Source: Rhizaria sp. SCN 62-66 (lineage: Eukaryota). From it: a stretch of DNA of 64,000 nucleotides. The position numbers and the translations under genes were made by a program. This document shows, piece after piece, positions 56,301 to 64,000 of this stretch (positions within the stretch are counted from its first letter, which is position 1; each line of letters opens with the position of its first letter). A model generated the notes under the pieces. That model had not been told where the DNA came from and did no database searches. It worked only from the letters and a program-made list of their open reading frames with translations. The stretch lies in the NCBI GenBank assembly GCA_001724265.1, contig MEDY01000117.1, forward strand, positions 1-64,000, in the 5' to 3' direction.

Positions 56301-59300
56301 CCTCGACCGCAGCCGCCGCGGCCGCCGCGACGCACCCGGCGTGGCCGCAGCGGCCGCAGCCCGCGCCCGCGCCCGCGCCGCCGGCGAGCCCTGAGCTCAC
56401 GGCCGCGGCGACCGCGGAGGCGGCGGAGCGGACCGAGGCCGCCGCGGAGCCCAGGGCGGCGCGCGCAGAGCTCCACAGACCGGACTCAACCTTCTCAGCA
56501 TCAGCGCCAGCATCCGCCTCAGCGTCGGCGTCGTCAGAGTCCGACCCGTCGACGACCTCAGCGGTCGCGGTCGCGGCAGCGGCCTCGGCGGCAGCGGCCT
56601 CGGCGGCAGTGGCCTCGGCGGCGAGCCCGGCCTCCGCAGCGGCCGCCACTACGACAGACTGCGCGGCGGCGACGAGCGCGGCGTGCGGGAACGCGCACGC
56701 CAGCGCGCGGCGCGAGTAGCTCACGGTCACGTGTTCCGTGGCTTCCGCAAGGAGCCGGTGCAGCGGCGCGTCCGTCGGCAGGCGCAGCGGCAGCGCGGGC
56801 GCCAGCAGCCAGCGGCGCGCATCGCTCGCGGCCGCTGCTGTGGCCGTCGCGGCATCACCGGCGCTGAAAGCGCTCGTGGCGCTGGTCGCGGAGGCGAGCT
56901 CGATGACGGCGGCGCAGGCGAGGAGGTACGCGCGCGCTAGGCACCACGGCGGCAGCACCGCGGCCGGATAATACGGCGCGTCGGCCTCGTTGCCAGCGGT
57001 GCTGACGCTGGCGCTGGCGCCCGCGCTCGTGGCAGACGCCGCAGCAGAGGGAGTGGCAGCCTCGGGCGCGCTCAGAGGGGCGGCGTTCGCGGCGGCGTCG
57101 GCGGGCGAGAGCAGCGACGCGTACATAGGGTTGCTGATGAGGTCGTCGTCACCGCCATTGCCGTCAGCAGCGCTAGCAGCAGCGGTGGCAGCGGAGTTGG
57201 AGTCGCTCGCGAGCGTGAGCCCAGGCAGGGCCAGGCCCTCGCCACTGCCGTCCGCGTCGCCAGTCTTGCCAGCGGCGTCCTGACTGGCCTCCGCGGTGCC
57301 GACAGCCACGCCGGCCGCGACGCCCCAATAGTAGCTGGCGGCGACGCCGCCGCCGTAAGCGTTGCCGTCGCCGGCGCCGACCCCGGCCTCGGCCGCGGCG
57401 TCGGCCTCGGCCTGCGCGGCGGCGGCCGCGGCCGCGGACAGCGCCCCGCCGCGGCCGCCGCGCGCGGTGAGCGCAGCGCTAGCGGCCGCAGCGACCGCGG
57501 CGGAGGACGAGGTCGCGGTGCGCAGCTTGGCGGTCTCGCCGAGCGGGCCCGGGGCCGGGCGGTACAGAGCCAGACGGCGCAGCGCGTGCGGCAAGTACCG
57601 ACCGGCGCGCTTGCTGGGGGCTGCACTCGCGCTCGCAGCGGAGGAGACTGCGGCGGCAGCAACGGTAGGCAGCACAAGGCGCAGTAGCGGCCACGCGACG
57701 CCCGCGGCCAGCGCGGCGGCGGGGTGAGCCAGCAGCGCGATGAGCGTGTCGACGGGGGTCGCAGTGGAGGCGGCGCTGCTGTTGCTGTTGCTGGGCGCTA
57801 CAGCGGCCAGCACGGCGGCCGGCAGCGCAGTCGCGGTCTCACCAGTCGCGCTGCTGCTACTGCTGGACGTGAAGTGCGAGAGAAGAGTGCCGACCGCGAC
57901 CGCGGCGCTCGTCAGCGGCGCGGCCACAGAGTTTCCTCCAGAGGCAGTGACCGTGAGCCCGGTGACCGTGAGCGCGGTGACCGTGAGCGCGGCCGTAGCC
58001 TGGCTGAACGGACTGGGGATGGCGACAGGGCATTGCCACAGCAGCAGCGCGGCTGCGTCGCCCTCGCTCTCCGACACGGCCGCACTCACCGCGTTCGCTG
58101 CGTCGCTGGACGCAGAGGAGCCAATGACGGCGGCGGCGGCGGCGGCGGTAGGCGTGTGGGAGGGCGAGGCGGCGGGGGACGTGGCATAGAGCGAGCGCAG
58201 CACACGGTGCAACGGGGCATGCGCGCAGGCGCCGACCGTGGAGAGCAGCGGCGCGCGCGACAAGGCCGCTGCGGAGCCACTCTGGACCAGCGCCTTCGCC
58301 ACGCTCTGCCCAGTCGCGCCCTCACCGGACGCGGACGCGAGAGACTGGATGGAGGCGGGCAGCGTGGTGAAGGCGGCGAGCGCGAGCAGCAGCGCGCGGG
58401 CCGCGGCGTCGTTGCGCGCGCGCGTGCACAGCGCAGCCGCGGCGGGCGCGGCGGCGAGCGCAGCGGCCACAGCAGCGGTGCCCGTGGGCAGCAGACTCGC
58501 GCCGAACGCGGAGCCCGCAGCGACGGCCAGGGCGCTGGGCGCGGTGTAGCTGTGAGCAGCGAAGCCGGTGAAGGACGACCCGGCGGCGGAGACGGAGAGC
58601 AGCGAGCCCGCAGGCACCAGGATGCCCTCGCCTGCAGCAGCATCGATCGCGTCAGCGTCGTTGTTGGCAGCGACAGAGACGGATGAGGCAGTACGGTGCA
58701 GCTCGGCGGCGCTAGTGAAGATGACAGTCACGACGGCGGCAAGCGCGGCGGCGACTGACGCGGACGGCGCAGCCGTAGCGCGGGCGGCGGAGGCGGAGAG
58801 CGTCTGCAGCAAACGCAGTAACGCGTGTGCGACAGCGATGCGCGCGTCTAAGGGGTTCTTAGACAACGCGCTCGGCAGACACTTAGACTCGCCCGCGATG
58901 GCGGCGGCGACGCGTGCGAGTGCCGCAGCGGCAGCGCGGGAAGGAAGCTTCGCCGCAGCCGCAGTCGCAGCGGCCACAGATACGATGGCAACGTTAGTAG
59001 AAGCTGCAGCGGTCACGGCAGTAACGGTAGCGACCACGCTGTCCACGTCGATGTTGCCACTGTTTGCTGCCACGACGCCCGCCTTCACAGCGGCGACATA
59101 GGCCTCGCGCGCGCTGGCCGCGAGCTCGGCGCTCGACACGCGACTCGACTTCGATAGCGCCTCCGCAGCGGCTGACTGCGCAGCGTCGCGCGCGCGGGAC
59201 ATGGCGGCGACCGCGCAGTCCTCCGCAGCCGCCACGGCTGCCACAGCGCTGTTACTGTTGCCGCTGCTGTTCAGGAAGCGGCTCGCGACCGCGGCGGCGT

Positions 59301-62300
59301 TGGCGACTGCGGTGAGTGGCGCGACCCGGCGGCGGCCTCCGCAGGCGCGCGCGTTGGGCAGCAGCTCGCCCGCGTCGTCAAACTGGTCCGAACCGTAGTA
59401 TTCGTTGCCGCCATCGGGCAGCCACCATCCGTCGCCGTCGGCGGCCTCAGTCAAAGTCTCGGTGCTCGCGTCCGCGTCGGCGTCAGAATCAGCGCCTGCA
59501 TTGGCGAGAGCAGCGGTGAGGCCCTTAGTGACAACGGCGCGGCCATCGACACGGCGGTACTTAGCGGGCAAGTACGTTTGCAAGTCCTCCAGCAGCAGCG
59601 TCTCTGCGGCAACAACCGCGGCCGGCGGCGCACTCGCAGTGTTGTTTGCACCAAAGCCAGAGCCAGAGCCAGAGCCAGAGCCGGAGACGGAGCCGGAGAC
59701 GGGGGGACGCAGCGCGGCGGCGGCCGAGGCGGCGGCAAAGGGGCGCGCAGCGACGGCGAGGATGACGGCGACGGGCGCAAACGCGGCCCCAAGCGGGTTA
59801 CTCTCACTGCAGACAGCGCTAGAGCTCGAGCTGCAACTGATTACGGCGGTGTTGTTTGCGAGAACACCGACGCCCTGGAGCAGCGCGAGCAGCGGGGCGA
59901 ATGCGGGGAGACGCGCAGGGGGGATGACGCCGTTCGAAACAGACGCCACGGTGACGGACTTGAGTCCCTCACTCGCGCCCGCAGTTGCAGTGTCGCAGCG
60001 AGCGTAGCTATGGAAGAGGAGCGGGGTATCCGTAGTGACGGCCGCGGTTTCATGATCCCGCACCGCGTTGTTGAACGCCGTCGCGCCCGCCATCGCCCAC
60101 AGCGCGTTCGCGGCCAGCGCGACCGTGGCCGCAGCGGAGCAGGGCATCCAGCCCGCCGCACCGGCGGCGCCCGTGGCCGCCGCGGCCGCCGTGGCAAAGG
60201 CCGCGAGCGAGGGCGCCGACGCGGCCGCGGTAAGCGGAGGCAGCGGCAGCGGGTGAGCTGGCGCCCCGGCCGCGGCGCGCTCGGAGGCCGCCGCGGTGGG
60301 CAGCGCGGCGCCGGCCAGCGCAGCGGCGGCGAGGCCCGAGTTTAGGGGGTTCGCGGGGGACAGCAGCGACAGCGCGGCGGCGAGCACGGGCGCGGGCGCC
60401 GCGGCCGAGGCGGCGGCGGCCGCGGTGGACGCGGCGGCAGCGGCGGCGGCCACGGCGGCGGGAGACGCGGCGTGCTCGCCGGCGGTCAGTATGCGCGCCA
60501 CGACGGAGCCCAGCGCTGCAGTCGCACCGCTGCTGCTGGTGCTGCTAACAATGGCTGCAGTGCTGCGAGAATCGACAACGGGCGAAAGTGCGGGCAGCAG
60601 CGGCACGGCCTGGCTGCCGCTGTCGGCGGTCACTGCGACAGTCGTGGCGGCCGTGAGGGCGGCGGCGGGCTCAGTGGCCGCGGTCGTGACGTTGATGACG
60701 GCCTCCATCGCGATCAGGTCAGCCAGCACCATCGCAGGCGCAACGGCGTAACTCACTGCACTGGCGCCGAAGCTAGAGTTGGCGTTGGAGGCAGCGGCAG
60801 CGGCCAGGACACGCGGGAGACCGAGGCCGAGCAGCACGGCGCGCCATACAGGGCCGTGGAGCGCGCGGAGGCGTGCGGCGCACTCGAGCGCGCACGCGGG
60901 CGACACGGGTACAACAGCCCCGTCGGCAGGCACGGTCGAGAGTGGCGACGCCAGGGAGGACGACGCCGCCGCAGTTCCATCGATGTTGGTGTTGCTCGAG
61001 AGTGCGGTGAGCAGAGCGCGGGGAATCGCGCCCTGCGCGCCGGCCAGCAAAGCCAGCACGTACGCGCGCGGCGGCAGCAGTGCGGCCAGCACAGTCGCCC
61101 ACGCCGGGGCAGCCTCGCCGCCACACACGGCCGTATCGCGCACCTTGGTGTCGGCGCCGGTGTGCGTGAATGACTCGCAGTGCGCGCGCTCGCCGTCGCC
61201 GGCCAGGCCGACCCCCGCCTCGCCACTATGGCCCGCCGAAGCGGCGGCAGCGGCGGCAAGGAGCGCGGCGGCGCGTGCGACCCAGGCCTCGCCCCACATC
61301 TTTTGCGGCAGCAGCGCGGGCGCGGCGGCACCGAGTCCGGCCTCAGCCTCCACGTCGCCGCCCTCGGTCCCCACAGCGCTGGAGCCAGAACTAGCGGAGG
61401 CGAGGGTGGCGAGGGTGGTAAGCAGCACGCGGTCGCGGCGCGGCATGTCGCGGAGGTGTGGCACCAGGGCCCACACCGCTGCAGATGCGCTCACGGTCGA
61501 GGACGCGAAGGCGCCGGAGCCCGCGCCCACGGTCACTGCACTCGCGCTCGCGCTCGTCGTGGCAGCGGCGGCGATGGGGAGCAGAGGCAGCGCGGGGTGG
61601 CAATGCAGCTCGGCGCGGGTGAGGTGCGCCGCAAGCGGGCGCGCGGCAGCAGCGAGCGCGGCGGCCGGCAGCGCGCCAGTGGGGGCAGCGGCGGCCGCGG
61701 CGGCGACGGCGGCGGCGGCCGCGGCGCGCAGGGCGGGGTCGGGAGCCGTCCACTGCGTCGTGATGAGGGACGCGAGCAGCGCATTGGCCGCGGTCACGGC
61801 AGCAATGTTGTCGCTGCTCTTGTGCGCGCCATTGAGGGCCGCGGCGGCGATGATGGGCGTGAGCGCGGTGATGATGGCGGGCAGCGCGGCAGGGTGCACG
61901 CCCGTCACGGCGGCGGCGCGCGCGGCGGCGGACCTGCCGAACGACGTCGTCGACACGTTGTAATAGTAGCCATCGTCGTCGTCGTCGTCATCCTCGCTGT
62001 CGTCGCCGTCCTCGTCTTCGTCCTCGTCCTCGTCCTCGTTGCCGTCGACGTCGCGGCTACGAGAGCGCGTGAGAGCAAAGCCGCCGCCCGCAACGCGCTG
62101 CAGCCGCGCGGCGACGCGGGCGGACGCGGCGGGAAACAGCCCGTGGCAGCGCAGGGCGCCGGTTAGCGCCTCGGCAGCGGCAGCGACGGCCTGGTTCGCG
62201 GCGGCGGCGCCCGCAATGGGCTCACTGCTAGACGCCGCAGAGGCAGAGGCAGCGGCAGCGGCGGAGCCGGGAGTCAGCAGCAGACGCAGCGTGGCCGTGA

Positions 62301-64000
62301 ACAGGCCGCCGGACGCTGCATTCGCAGTGGATCTAGAGCTAGAGCTGGAGCTTGGGGCGAGCGTGGTCGCGGAGGTGGCAGCGGCAGAGGCGGCGGCGGG
62401 GGTGGCACGCAACAGCGTGGACATGAGAGACAGCGTCAGCTCAGCGGTCTGCGGACCGCGTGCCAGTGCTGCAAACGGAGACATCGCGTTGCTAGCGCAA
62501 GCGCCCTCGGTGGTGATGTAAGTACCTTGGGCGCGTGTGTAAGTGCGCTTGCAGATGAACCCGGCAAGCGCCGCGTGAGCCAGCAGCAGCCAGCGCGCGG
62601 CGCGGGCGCGGGGGCGCGCGGCCACGCCTGCGCGCGCCCGCGGCAGCAGCACGTAGCCCGTGGGCAGCGCCGCAGAGGACGCCGCGGCCTCACTTTGCTG
62701 GATGGCCTGACTTTCGGGGCGGTAGAGGCGCGGCAGCATGAGCAGGCCGGACGGGTCCTGGCTCTCGGCCAGGGTCTCCGCGGCCGCCAGCGCGGCCACG
62801 AGCGCGGCGCTCTCGCCGTCGCCGGCGCTGGCGCTGGCGTCGTCGTCGTAGCAGTCGGCGGCGGCGGAGGCGTCGGGGTCCGTGTCCGGCAGAGTGGAGA
62901 TGAGCAGGTCGACGACCTCGGTCGCGGCGGACTCGGCAGTGAGGCCACCGGCCGCAACGCCGGTCGCCGTCGCAGCAGAAGCACCAGTTGAGCCACTGCT
63001 ATTGCTGTTGCTGTCGAGCGCAGAGACGGAGGCGGCGACCGTGGCCATGACTGAGTAGAGCCCGGCGCACGCCCACAAGCACACGGTGTCGCTGCCGGCG
63101 TCGCTCGCGTCCAGACGCTCGGCGAGGAAGTTAAGCCGCTCGTCCACGAAGTTAGGCCGTGTCGCATCATCAGCAGCAGCCGCGGCGGGATCGGCATGGA
63201 AGCAGACGCGCGGGCGGGCAACGAGGGGCGCAAACGACGCTGCAGCTGCCGGCAACAGCTCGATCGTGCAACCCGAATTCGCGGTCGGATTGGGGCCGTT
63301 GTAGAGCGTGGGAGGGATCACGGTGCATGCGCGCGTGGCAGCGGACGCGGCGGCGGCGGCGCGGGCCGCACGCAGCGCCGCCGCCGCAGGGCCACGGGCG
63401 CCAGCATCCACGGCGCCAGAGCCGCGTCCGCTGCCCGCGCCGTTGTTCTGGCAGAGGGCGGCAGGCAGCGCGGCGGCGGCGGCTGCGGGCGACGGGGCGT
63501 AGGCGCGGACTGCGGCAACGAGCGCAGGGAAAGCCGGGTCGAGCAGGGGCAGCGCGGCGAGGCTGTTGCGGGTCGCCACGGGCACCAGCGGCTCGCGGTC
63601 ACCGCCAGCGGCGGCGAAGCTGCCCTCGGGATGCGAGTTGCTGTAGGACGTCATGTCGACGGGGTCGAGCAGCGAGAGCAGGAGCACGTGCAGGTCCGCG
63701 AAGGTCTTGTTCGCGGTCGCCGCCGGGTAAAACGACAGACGCAGCGGCTGAGAAGACGGCGCGAAAGCGGTGTGTGCATTCAGAGTGACCGTGAGCAGGC
63801 CGAGCAGGTGCATGTTGTTGACGCAGTCGGCGGCAAAGGACGCCAGCGAGGCGGCCGCAACGGGGGCCAGGATGTGGGTGCGCACGGTCTCGGCCACCAA
63901 CGCGCTCACCGCCGAAATCGTAGTCGCACTCATAGCCTCGGTCGCAGAAGCAGAGGCAGAGGCAGAGGGAGTGGCAGTGGGGTTGGGCACAGTGAGGGCG
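53365..64000 (-). CDS. LTN1: Listerin-like E3 ubiquitin ligase, hugely expanded with Ala-rich sequence; the 5' part lies beyond the window end
   Basis: C-terminal EGIEACPICFSTVH...LPSLSCHTC...FHANCLLTWFESSGHSTCPMCRALF* matches the listerin RING. It is preceded by RWD-like VVLCLTLRPTPGFPF and LLRALQVW. The frame is open to the window end. Stop is TAA. Confidence 0.85.
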   Translation of the reverse strand, partial: ALTVPNPTATPSASASASATEAMSATTISAVSALVAETVRTHILAPVAAASLASFAADCVNNMHLLGLLTVTLNAHTAFAPSSQPLRLSFYPAATANKTFADLHVLLLSLLDPVDMTSYSNSHPEGSFAAAGGDREPLVPVATRNSLAALPLLDPAFPALVAAVRAYAPSPAAAAAALPAALCQNNGAGSGRGSGAVDAGARGPAAAALRAARAAAAASAATRACTVIPPTLYNGPNPTANSGCTIELLPAAAASFAPLVARPRVCFHADPAAAAADDATRPNFVDERLNFLAERLDASDAGSDTVCLWACAGLYSVMATVAASVSALDSNSNSSGSTGASAATATGVAAGGLTAESAATEVVDLLISTLPDTDPDASAAADCYDDDASASAGDGESAALVAALAAAETLAESQDPSGLLMLPRLYRPESQAIQQSEAAASSAALPTGYVLLPRARAGVAARPRARAARWLLLAHAALAGFICKRTYTRAQGTYITTEGACASNAMSPFAALARGPQTAELTLSLMSTLLRATPAAASAAATSATTLAPSSSSSSRSTANAASGGLFTATLRLLLTPGSAAAAASASAASSSEPIAGAAAANQAVAAAAEALTGALRCHGLFPAASARVAARLQRVAGGGFALTRSRSRDVDGNEDEDEDEDEDGDDSEDDDDDDDGYYYNVSTTSFGRSAAARAAAVTGVHPAALPAIITALTPIIAAAALNGAHKSSDNIAAVTAANALLASLITTQWTAPDPALRAAAAAAVAAAAAAAPTGALPAAALAAAARPLAAHLTRAELHCHPALPLLPIAAAATTSASASAVTVGAGSGAFASSTVSASAAVWALVPHLRDMPRRDRVLLTTLATLASASSGSSAVGTEGGDVEAEAGLGAAAPALLPQKMWGEAWVARAAALLAAAAAASAGHSGEAGVGLAGDGERAHCESFTHTGADTKVRDTAVCGGEAAPAWATVLAALLPPRAYVLALLAGAQGAIPRALLTALSSNTNIDGTAAASSSLASPLSTVPADGAVVPVSPACALECAARLRALHGPVWRAVLLGLGLPRVLAAAAASNANSSFGASAVSYAVAPAMVLADLIAMEAVINVTTAATEPAAALTAATTVAVTADSGSQAVPLLPALSPVVDSRSTAAIVSSTSSSGATAALGSVVARILTAGEHAASPAAVAAAAAAASTAAAAASAAAPAPVLAAALSLLSPANPLNSGLAAAALAGAALPTAAASERAAAGAPAHPLPLPPLTAAASAPSLAAFATAAAAATGAAGAAGWMPCSAAATVALAANALWAMAGATAFNNAVRDHETAAVTTDTPLLFHSYARCDTATAGASEGLKSVTVASVSNGVIPPARLPAFAPLLALLQGVGVLANNTAVISCSSSSSAVCSESNPLGAAFAPVAVILAVAARPFAAASAAAALRPPVSGSVSGSGSGSGSGFGANNTASAPPAAVVAAETLLLEDLQTYLPAKYRRVDGRAVVTKGLTAALANAGADSDADADASTETLTEAADGDGWWLPDGGNEYYGSDQFDDAGELLPNARACGGRRRVAPLTAVANAAAVASRFLNSSGNSNSAVAAVAAAEDCAVAAMSRARDAAQSAAAEALSKSSRVSSAELAASAREAYVAAVKAGVVAANSGNIDVDSVVATVTAVTAAASTNVAIVSVAAATAAAAKLPSRAAAAALARVAAAIAGESKCLPSALSKNPLDARIAVAHALLRLLQTLSASAARATAAPSASVAAALAAVVTVIFTSAAELHRTASSVSVAANNDADAIDAAAGEGILVPAGSLLSVSAAGSSFTGFAAHSYTAPSALAVAAGSAFGASLLPTGTAAVAAALAAAPAAAALCTRARNDAAARALLLALAAFTTLPASIQSLASASGEGATGQSVAKALVQSGSAAALSRAPLLSTVGACAHAPLHRVLRSLYATSPAASPSHTPTAAAAAAVIGSSASSDAANAVSAAVSESEGDAAALLLWQCPVAIPSPFSQATAALTVTALTVTGLTVTASGGNSVAAPLTSAAVAVGTLLSHFTSSSSSSATGETATALPAAVLAAVAPSNSNSSAASTATPVDTLIALLAHPAAALAAGVAWPLLRLVLPTVAAAAVSSAASASAAPSKRAGRYLPHALRRLALYRPAPGPLGETAKLRTATSSSAAVAAAASAALTARGGRGGALSAAAAAAAQAEADAAAEAGVGAGDGNAYGGGVAASYYWGVAAGVAVGTAEASQDAAGKTGDADGSGEGLALPGLTLASDSNSAATAAASAADGNGGDDDLISNPMYASLLSPADAAANAAPLSAPEAATPSAAASATSAGASASVSTAGNEADAPYYPAAVLPPWCLARAYLLACAAVIELASATSATSAFSAGDAATATAAAASDARRWLLAPALPLRLPTDAPLHRLLAEATEHVTVSYSRRALACAFPHAALVAAAQSVVVAAAAEAGLAAEATAAEAAAAEAAAATATAEVVDGSDSDDADAEADAGADAEKVESGLWSSARAALGSAAASVRSAASAVAAAVSSGLAGGAGAGAGCGRCGHAGCVAAAAAAAVEAAAPASVVMMLGIDVALGKTAHALPDYSCAADTAGAITTDSVECKDGDCDAGDDDAVAALCSGLNNNDGRDTDDYSYDSGIDHDEDAPWGAVLLDSLLGTVPTALTVAAAPQLPHGSHEVASQHSHAASVAALAQAAPNAPCDVTLSSPAAVAAAVAANTAGAVGVARTAVTLLSLHAGAVAPTDASMGYFAISYRESLAAHRAATQSVSTESSVAGWEAGAWRWHWPLLLASGSVAARLLRSVAVGTGLGPRWTALSGAITAATETMAARGSRSAAAKARRARAKTASKRKGGRGGVVVANVASSPSSSDDDDDSEGDDDSIRLDVTSMTALLYNSHTACTAAPEAAGLARAPLAVAVAEPTGVKNTDDSTETAAPAVVALADGALPPRASAAAANASSAGSGSGSSASRGARLRPAAAAAAAAAAATALACGAPSPAAAARLAKLRAQEAELVFQTQFFGPVAWRVLLALALSDPAAARATANATSAFAVAHLRLLAAANPRLLASRSNAGAGASGGAGASDADVAVASPSLLMARAFAPLVLTAKAQAAAATARLGLHGAAPDAAAATLLEPTLRRLGGAGAAAGIAARAAAAAAVADADAAFAVFCQDGLYDAAIATVAVVERAKVAAALLAATAAGDNNASYKCLTPLLPPVSAANAALAAAAAAAAASSGPAATWWSSATPSHRSGSSNSGFASYSISGAPTSIPSAPMLRAVYATGGAASAVRKAAKAFGLTPKPMALRAPTHVSAAAAAAAAAAAADEGGTGLSAEAEALLTKFTGSAAGAAGNDGDVVLCLTLRPTPGFPFQASGLAAAAGVAVSMTHAVGRAMLAAAVGAADASASAVSSDAGGDDRGSSSGSEVSAALGASFVLRARLAVVKTLMRGATAPGEGAPLLRALQVWAGVVRHRLEGIEACPICFSTVHVSGSSSGAAARVVALPSLSCHTCAAAFHANCLLTWFESSGHSTCPMCRALF

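Noticed and set aside
66-63990. Hundreds of overlapping antisense and off-frame ORFs (e.g. 7603..8754-, 16381..17625-, 27659..29221-, 46730..48073-)
   Set aside because: They are shadows of GC-rich, stop-poor coding sequence and show no recognisable motifs. Many begin at GTG or TTG, which does not apply to this eukaryotic DNA.
1-64000. Suppressor tRNA (CUA) or other tRNA/rRNA genes in the window
   Set aside because: TTCG-containing sites at about 6100, 31132 and 42547 do not form a cloverleaf by eye. tRNAscan-SE would be needed to exclude a tRNA properly.

Overview
This is gene-dense eukaryotic (protist-like) nuclear DNA with very GC-rich, Ala/Gly-rich exons and AT-richer spacers. I modelled 16 coding-region GT-AG introns of 104-359 nt, mostly with a GTACGT donor. 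I can support 17 protein genes: a 5'-truncated Ala-rich/TPR-like gene, an alpha/beta-hydrolase esterase, EHD, an IQ/PGPGxY-motif protein, PRP22/DHX8, two paralogous C2 + Pro/Gly/Tyr-rich + jacalin-like proteins, a Romo1/Mgr2-like protein, a coiled-coil protein, RPL10, an FAAH-like amidase, a dual-specificity phosphatase, EB1, a poly-Q RRM protein, LST8, UFC1 and a giant 5'-truncated LTN1. The main finding is an apparent non-standard nuclear genetic code in which UAG is a sense codon, most likely Gln, while UAA and UGA remain stops. Six in-frame TAG codons occur in five genes: two inside poly-Q runs, one flanked by Gln codons in UFC1, one inside the conserved EB1 C-terminal domain, and two that separate an ATG from a long ORF. 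All 17 gene models end in TAA (9) or TGA (8, counting UFC1 read through its TAG). I saw no tRNA, rRNA, CRISPR array or mobile element. Family assignments come from motif recognition by eye, not database searches.
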